Source of the DNA: an uncultured virus (IMG/VR IMGVR_UViG_3300006620_000021)
Taxonomy: Duplodnaviria > Heunggongvirae > Uroviricota > Caudoviricetes
Strand: one strand, 5' to 3'
DNA: 60,307 nt
Virus record (IMG/VR): IMGVR_UViG_3300006620_000021
Part shown: positions 55,801-60,307 of the stretch, in pieces
How the letters are laid out: every line of letters starts with the position of its first letter
Position numbering within the stretch: the first letter of the stretch is position 1
The notes under the pieces: generated by a model
Databases searched by the model: none
What the model was told of the DNA's origin: nothing
What the model saw: only the letters and a program-made list of their open reading frames with translations
Position numbers and translations under genes: made by a program

Positions 55801-57485
55801 ACCTCATAGAATGCACCACCCTGTACCAGGATGTCCTCTTCACTAACACCAACTTCACTGCGGACTGCCTTGAAGGTTGCCTCACTCTTAAGACCGAAGA
55901 GTCCACCAGCTTCATTGAGGACAGCAGTAGACTCTGCACCCTGAGCAAATCCGAAGAGAGATCCACCACGGAATCTATTGGGATAGAAGTCCCAACCACC
56001 GTCTGCCTTGTAGTGCATCCTGATCTGGACGCGAGGCGTACCATCAATATTAATCCAACCAGATCCTTGATGCTTAGGAATGGTGTAATCAATTGCAGTA
56101 CCAACAAGTCTGGGTTGCTTATTACCAACAGATCCAGTGTAGTTGCCCTTGATGAAGCTCTCTGCTGCACCACCACTGAATGGCATTCTGCCAGTTGCTG
56201 CCTTGGTAGTAACATCAACACTGATAAGACCAAAGTCATCTTCACTGAGTCCAGTGCCAACTGTAGTCTCAACAAATTGTATATCTTTGACTCCCCAATG
56301 GTCAAAGCTAAGACCGTCAAAAGTACTATTAGTTAACTGAATAAATCTAAATCTCTGCCCGTAATTTTTTGCTGCCTCGGGAAGAGTGACATTATAAGTT
56401 CTTAATTCATTATAGATGCTGGATAACCAGTTGTATACTCGGAGTGCAACCCAAGTACCATCTTCTTTTTGATACTGAAGTCTTAAATCCTCACCAAAAT
56501 CTGGTTCTTCACCACCATTACTTCCGCTACCCTTAATAACCTGGGTAATAATACTATCCAGATGTCTAGTATCAGATTCAAACTCAAAATATCTCTGATG
56601 ATTATATCCACCAGGATTTGTATATCTTGGTGGATATCCTCTAAATGCTATATGGGGACCAATATCAAATCCACCAGTAATTCCAGATCCAGTTCCACCC
56701 TGCTCAATAGAAGTAGAGAAGAATACGGACTGGTATGAAGGATCTGTAAGATCATTCGGTTCAATAGTGAACGGATGACCTGTAAGAGTTTGAATATAAT
56801 TAACGTCTCCGTAGTCTTCGCTCCTCAATACAGTCTCATTGAGGAATCCGAAGTCATCGGATCTAAAGTCTATTGCATCTTGTTCATCAAACAGATAAGA
56901 TCTACGCTCGCCTGCTTCGCCAATGATGTCGAAGATTCGATCTTGCTGATTGAATATTACTTCTGTCTTCGCTGAACCTTTTGTGGAAAGGTGGAAGATG
57001 GATGTAGGTGGTGTAGAGATGACCGCATCCAGAGCTTCCGCCCCGACTGGAGGCAAGACGCCTCTTCCCAACCAGGAAGAGGTAGTCTTGTCAACGGCAA
57101 CGCCTTGGAAGTCAAATACCCTATCAACTGGGTTGAAGAATACCTCGGTTATTGCTCGTCCGAACAGTGCGAACTCGACACCACCAACACTTACTCTTGT
57201 GGTATTGTCGTCTGCTGACAAGTGGATACCGATCTTACCCATCGGTATGCTAGCTGTATCTAGCGTGATAGTTCCAAAGTCTTGGATCTGATAGTATTGT
57301 TCGATGGAAGCAGTGATCTCACCGTAGTCTTCTGCTTCTACTACCGCATCGGTAATACTACCATAACTAAGTTCCTCATAATTGAGGATAGAAAATTGAT
57401 TATACGAATATACCGCTCTCTGTACGGTAAAACGATTACCTAGAGAACGGAGGCTACCTATTCCTTCATATTGGAATAACGCCAT
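52878..57485 (-). CDS. large repetitive virion structural protein
   Basis: EDYG/DFG repeats and approx. 45-aa G.G.LF.F...AE repeats. Confidence 0.8.
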   Translation of the reverse strand: MALFQYEGIGSLRSLGNRFTVQRAVYSYNQFSILNYEELSYGSITDAVVEAEDYGEITASIEQYYQIQDFGTITLDTASIPMGKIGIHLSADDNTTRVSVGGVEFALFGRAITEVFFNPVDRVFDFQGVAVDKTTSSWLGRGVLPPVGAEALDAVISTPPTSIFHLSTKGSAKTEVIFNQQDRIFDIIGEAGERRSYLFDEQDAIDFRSDDFGFLNETVLRSEDYGDVNYIQTLTGHPFTIEPNDLTDPSYQSVFFSTSIEQGGTGSGITGGFDIGPHIAFRGYPPRYTNPGGYNHQRYFEFESDTRHLDSIITQVIKGSGSNGGEEPDFGEDLRLQYQKEDGTWVALRVYNWLSSIYNELRTYNVTLPEAAKNYGQRFRFIQLTNSTFDGLSFDHWGVKDIQFVETTVGTGLSEDDFGLISVDVTTKAATGRMPFSGGAAESFIKGNYTGSVGNKQPRLVGTAIDYTIPKHQGSGWINIDGTPRVQIRMHYKADGGWDFYPNRFRGGSLFGFAQGAESTAVLNEAGGLFGLKSEATFKAVRSEVGVSEEDILVQGGAFYEVIFNQVDRVFSFNNKEINRRAFAYNLSSVVNVESIDYGFITDTITVAEDYGDVSYDEIYYPWQTEDFGTLAPTTTRLPFGLGRLHSSTETPRVRNFIGNADHGHIRVLGTGKVYVLPKFTSKGDLVKLRGDTTFSRARDWVGTGNLPTLSGGAEAVAFVPAKDDRALFNFEGELIEKFGKGNYDGVGTLFGFDSTSVSIRITTINEGIFSIHGEVVESRIFSEVGSGSIGGFDGAAESITFHYNQDSSFGTCEGDDYGFVSESVYNVEESPALLGYLNDPVSSLANEVVSEFGRVPNAIDYGYVNQYYQYNHEDYGDLHPDDCLEPQGLQLQFVSTFTESFGKGNYTGSGSLGSIVGAAEAVTFVPGKKKALFGFEGNAAESTTPATEIGSGSLFSYVTFSERVAFVPAKVHPLFAIDGGLRISAVEEQESELKFTAAWAASGSLFGIEGSGEATGQEETGSGTIFIRDSGVRIEPESFTPWIPAGRGSIFSFVSFTEAATFVPAKKKALFGFSGAVTDVQFSFAWETVETTHLLLRGSPKIFVLPKHTGAGAIFVRDSGVRIEPESFTPFIPEGFGKLFGGIGGAAEAVGSNPPDDFTLFTFTGQVDTPLLTFSEQKFVQARFLPDEAFTTFQLKVTETGLQPVEVHGELDESFTPAPEVGTGRLYGFSGAAEAAVFNPIDKTTLFSFEGNAAESETNSMVAFGSLFGFASSTEATAVAEEKQALFSFAGNLQERTTPAPHVTTGGLFGFSSTTEAKVFDYPERTTLFSVTGTAVEKASIAAEGTAVPGLEVDGSLVERSTFAHAGTGSIFGFSSTTEARVIVPRGLRNVFTVVGNGAESETNVEIGSGTLTGFVGGAESVSNVEVKFTLFTIGGDTVGGDVKFTAANLAVGQVRIGLSNDGIPGDISRGITVFRLRTFPEGPKVRFTGTKAESFTPAPVIGEGLIDIEKGTKDTKSRYIEFRDPQPTRIVVI
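54097..54401. repeat. 38-nt exact direct repeat (54097-54134 and 54364-54401) containing a hairpin
   Basis: gtgaaggattctggttcgattctgacaccagaatcgcg twice; internal cgattctg-acac-cagaatcg. Confidence 0.85.
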
Positions 57486-57501
57486 CTACTCGCGCTTTCT
57501 T

Positions 57502-58416
57502 TTATTTAGTAAACCTAGGATATAACTGTCCTGTGACTGGTCTATTTTCATTGGATGCATCACGCGCAGAAGATATTTTATCCGACAAATCATAGTTGTT
57601 AATTGTTCTCGTTCCCATGGTTTGTGTGATTAAACTTCTGTTACGAGATTGATCATACAGAACTCTAACCTCAGGATCACCCAAATGCCTATCGCGATAT
57701 ATTCTTACAAGATCAATTTTACCTACAAAAGTAAGTCCAGCCGATGCAGCATACCTTCCAATTAAAAAATCTAATGTAGGTTCAATTGGAGCGGCATAAG
57801 TATCCTCGACTCCAAGTTTTCCATTCATCCACCACTTAATTACACCATCTCTTCTAGTAACAACCATATGGTAATCAGTATTAAGAGATATTGTCTCTGG
57901 ATATATCCAATCATTAGATTCACCATTTATCGCAAGTGTCATGCCACCATTAGAACTAATGAATATAATAAATTTATTATTACTATCACCAAATGTAGTC
58001 CAACTTGCAATTAATGCTGATGGATATGTTGCATTTGGAGTTCCAGTCATATTAAAAGACATCTCTATTGCAAAATCACCAATAAGATTAAAGTCTTCAC
58101 TGTCAGTTAAAGTTGCATAGTTGCCAGAATTAAAAACAACACTTCTACCATCATAAGAAGTGCCAGTAAACGTGGCATTATTTTGAGGTTTAGTTAGATC
58201 ATACCAGATACCACTAGTTTGGACTCCAACATTAACATTACCTGGAACATTTATCAATGAATCATTATTCATTGAGTCCAATTCCAAAAGTAAATTAGTT
58301 GTATATCCAACTCTATTATACTGTCTTGCAAATCTTATCTCAGTAGATCTAGATACTGTAGAAGCAATCCCAACAACAGCAGTAGTTAAATTTGGAAATG
58401 AATAGTTTGCCATCAA
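57502..58416 (-). CDS. LamG/concanavalin-A-like domain virion protein
   Basis: L.L.LD, WYDL, YH.VVTR, F.GKI..VRIY...L...EV..LY. Confidence 0.75.
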   Translation of the reverse strand: MMANYSFPNLTTAVVGIASTVSRSTEIRFARQYNRVGYTTNLLLELDSMNNDSLINVPGNVNVGVQTSGIWYDLTKPQNNATFTGTSYDGRSVVFNSGNYATLTDSEDFNLIGDFAIEMSFNMTGTPNATYPSALIASWTTFGDSNNKFIIFISSNGGMTLAINGESNDWIYPETISLNTDYHMVVTRRDGVIKWWMNGKLGVEDTYAAPIEPTLDFLIGRYAASAGLTFVGKIDLVRIYRDRHLGDPEVRVLYDQSRNRSLITQTMGTRTINNYDLSDKISSARDASNENRPVTGQLYPRFTK

Positions 58417-60307
58417 ACTACCCTCGCACAGAATAAAACACCTCTTGTTACCGTAGTCTGACTATATGATCCATCAATTACCTTATAAACTTCTGATGGA
58501 CTTACTGTAATAGTATCTCCCTGCTGAATATTAGCGGAAGCAGCATTATAGTAAAACTGAATCAGAACAAAATCATCAGGAATATAGTATGGCATTGGGA
58601 GTAGATTACCATTCAGTGGTAATCCTTTTATTACCGCGTTGAAGTTTGCTTCAGGAGAAACTCTATCCTTACCACTAGTATCACTTGATCCACCAGACCA
58701 ATGCAATGAAATATCAGAGAAGCGCGAGTACAAGCATGGAAAATCATCATCCCAATCAACTGGATATACTCTACTGTGTAGATGATAATCTACATAATTT
58801 TGCATTGCAGTACTATATCCTAAGTAGTGCATATACCCAAATTCTGCCGAACGCTTAGCAGGAGAGTATGTATTATCAGGATCATAAGGTCCAAAATATG
58901 TCCTAAACTGTAACTCTCTAGCACTATCTCCAGTTGATGGTGCCATTATTTCAGTAACTCCACCGAGGAATACATGATCTAAATCCCAAATATCAGTCGT
59001 AAAATTATGCAGTATAAATGTATCATGAGTGTTGCTACTTATAGATGTTGTTGATACTGTAGGAGATCTATAAGAAAATACTGCAAACCTAGGATCAATG
59101 CTAGACCTATAAACATTTAAATCAAGATCAAAATCATCTTGACTTCCATGACTTATACGAACTGTTCTATTGTAACTGCTACTATAAGTATTATTGTTAA
59201 CGTCAAAATCACTATCAGTAATTTCATCTAAATTATAAGATCCATAATCTAAATATCTTGCTCCAGCAAATCTTCTATGCTGCGCTGTAGATCCATGACA
59301 ATCTTTTGTATTTGTATTAGCATAATCTGAACCCACACCATAATGCATATATCCACTACCAGTCGTTATATCTATGGAAGACGAAGACTCGGATTTGAAC
59401 AATGTATATGTATCACCAAATAATTTATTCTCTTGAATAGTACGTCTCACTACTCCCCAAGGAGCATCAGCATTAGATAAATTAGACTGCCAATATGTAC
59501 TCGAAGTTCCAAAACCAACAACTGTCCTATCTCCAGATTCACCACTCCATGGTTGAACAACCAGTCTTCCTAATTCAGCATATCCTGATGTATATCTACT
59601 GTTAAAAAAGTATGTTCCTGCTTGCCCAATTTTAGGAGTGAATGTAGCGGTTTGACCGATACCATTAACTTCAGTAAATCCTGCAATCTGACCCGTGTTC
59701 GATCCTGCCGTCTCAGGTCCTGGTCGTGGTGTTGGGTTTACTAAACAAGCATAGTGTGAATATACAGAATTATCAGCAATAGTTAATGATAGAGTATCAC
59801 CTTCCCTAATAGTAATAACTGTTGCTCCAGCACCAATAGCACCAGTTCTATCAGTCCCTTCAAACAAGTAAGTACCACCACTCAAGTCAGTTAAAGCTAT
59901 AGAAATATTTGACCCATTAGTTACAACCTCATCAACACAAACAGAGAATGATAAATCAGTTGCTCCATTTGAAAATCCACCAAGAGAATCAGCATCAAGA
60001 GTAACTACCTCGCCACTGGTATATCCATATCCAGGACGATTAACATGTACTCGTCTTACCCCGTGAGTATCTCTATAAACATAAAAGCTTGCACCCGTTC
60101 CAATACCTGTTGTGCTTTTGGGGAAGACATCATGATAATCATCAGAAGCATTAGTATCTCCACCACCACTAAAACTGCTAAGACCAACAACAAAACCACT
60201 TCTTTCTCCACCATGCCATCCTAACCAACCAATTGCATCATCCATTTGTTGGATGATATCAGTCTTACCCCATCCTGCGTTTATTTTAAAAGTCTCTGTA
60301 GTAATTG
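58413..60307 (-). CDS. virion structural protein, 5'-truncated by the window edge
   Basis: Frame stays open from 60245 to the edge (ITTETFKINAGWGKTDIIQQM...); G.GY..G repeat; C-terminal YYIPDDFVLI...GDTITVS..EVY.VI. Confidence 0.65.
   Translation of the reverse strand, partial: ITTETFKINAGWGKTDIIQQMDDAIGWLGWHGGERSGFVVGLSSFSGGGDTNASDDYHDVFPKSTTGIGTGASFYVYRDTHGVRRVHVNRPGYGYTSGEVVTLDADSLGGFSNGATDLSFSVCVDEVVTNGSNISIALTDLSGGTYLFEGTDRTGAIGAGATVITIREGDTLSLTIADNSVYSHYACLVNPTPRPGPETAGSNTGQIAGFTEVNGIGQTATFTPKIGQAGTYFFNSRYTSGYAELGRLVVQPWSGESGDRTVVGFGTSSTYWQSNLSNADAPWGVVRRTIQENKLFGDTYTLFKSESSSSIDITTGSGYMHYGVGSDYANTNTKDCHGSTAQHRRFAGARYLDYGSYNLDEITDSDFDVNNNTYSSSYNRTVRISHGSQDDFDLDLNVYRSSIDPRFAVFSYRSPTVSTTSISSNTHDTFILHNFTTDIWDLDHVFLGGVTEIMAPSTGDSARELQFRTYFGPYDPDNTYSPAKRSAEFGYMHYLGYSTAMQNYVDYHLHSRVYPVDWDDDFPCLYSRFSDISLHWSGGSSDTSGKDRVSPEANFNAVIKGLPLNGNLLPMPYYIPDDFVLIQFYYNAASANIQQGDTITVSPSEVYKVIDGSYSQTTVTRGVLFCARVV

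Noticed and set aside
54890..56320. 248- and 225-aa shifted-frame ORFs
   Set aside because: Only the frame explained by NTA/NTG avoidance is open; the third frame has stops here
45702..57485. Diversity-generating retroelement acting on fibre genes
   Set aside because: No reverse transcriptase and no template/variable repeat pair with adenine-specific mismatches seen
1..60307. tRNA or rRNA genes and introns
   Set aside because: No cloverleaf or rRNA-like sequence recognised by eye; core genes are uninterrupted

Overview
This is a 60-kb segment of a T4-like cyanomyophage genome (marine Synechococcus/Prochlorococcus myovirus type), with almost all genes on the - strand. Core genes include a baseplate/tail cluster (gp5, hub and tape-measure-like proteins, gp51, gp26, gp54, gp4, gp2, gp48, gp53) containing the auxiliary gene cp12, and a replication/late-transcription block (gp32, DUF1825, gp59, gp33, exonuclease, phoH, thyX). 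After a run of small conserved hypotheticals comes a modification island: three carbamoyltransferases, ADP-heptose enzymes, a GT9-like transferase, a flavin halogenase, 2OG-Fe(II) oxygenases and a PebA-like bilin reductase. The island is interleaved with tail-fibre genes and three Cys-rich paralogs. Four observations stand out. (1) A small operon at 25.3-26.1 kb has an NtcA box and two tandem glutamine-riboswitch-like aptamers, each enclosing a whole paralogous small ORF in its P2 loop, upstream of a DUF4278-like gene. (2) About 1.5 kb of a large structural gene has no stop triplet in any of the three sense frames. (3) A -1 slippery site could fuse gp26 to gp51. (4) The gene 32 leader can form a pseudoknot. 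All assignments come from motif recognition and synteny; no database searches were run.
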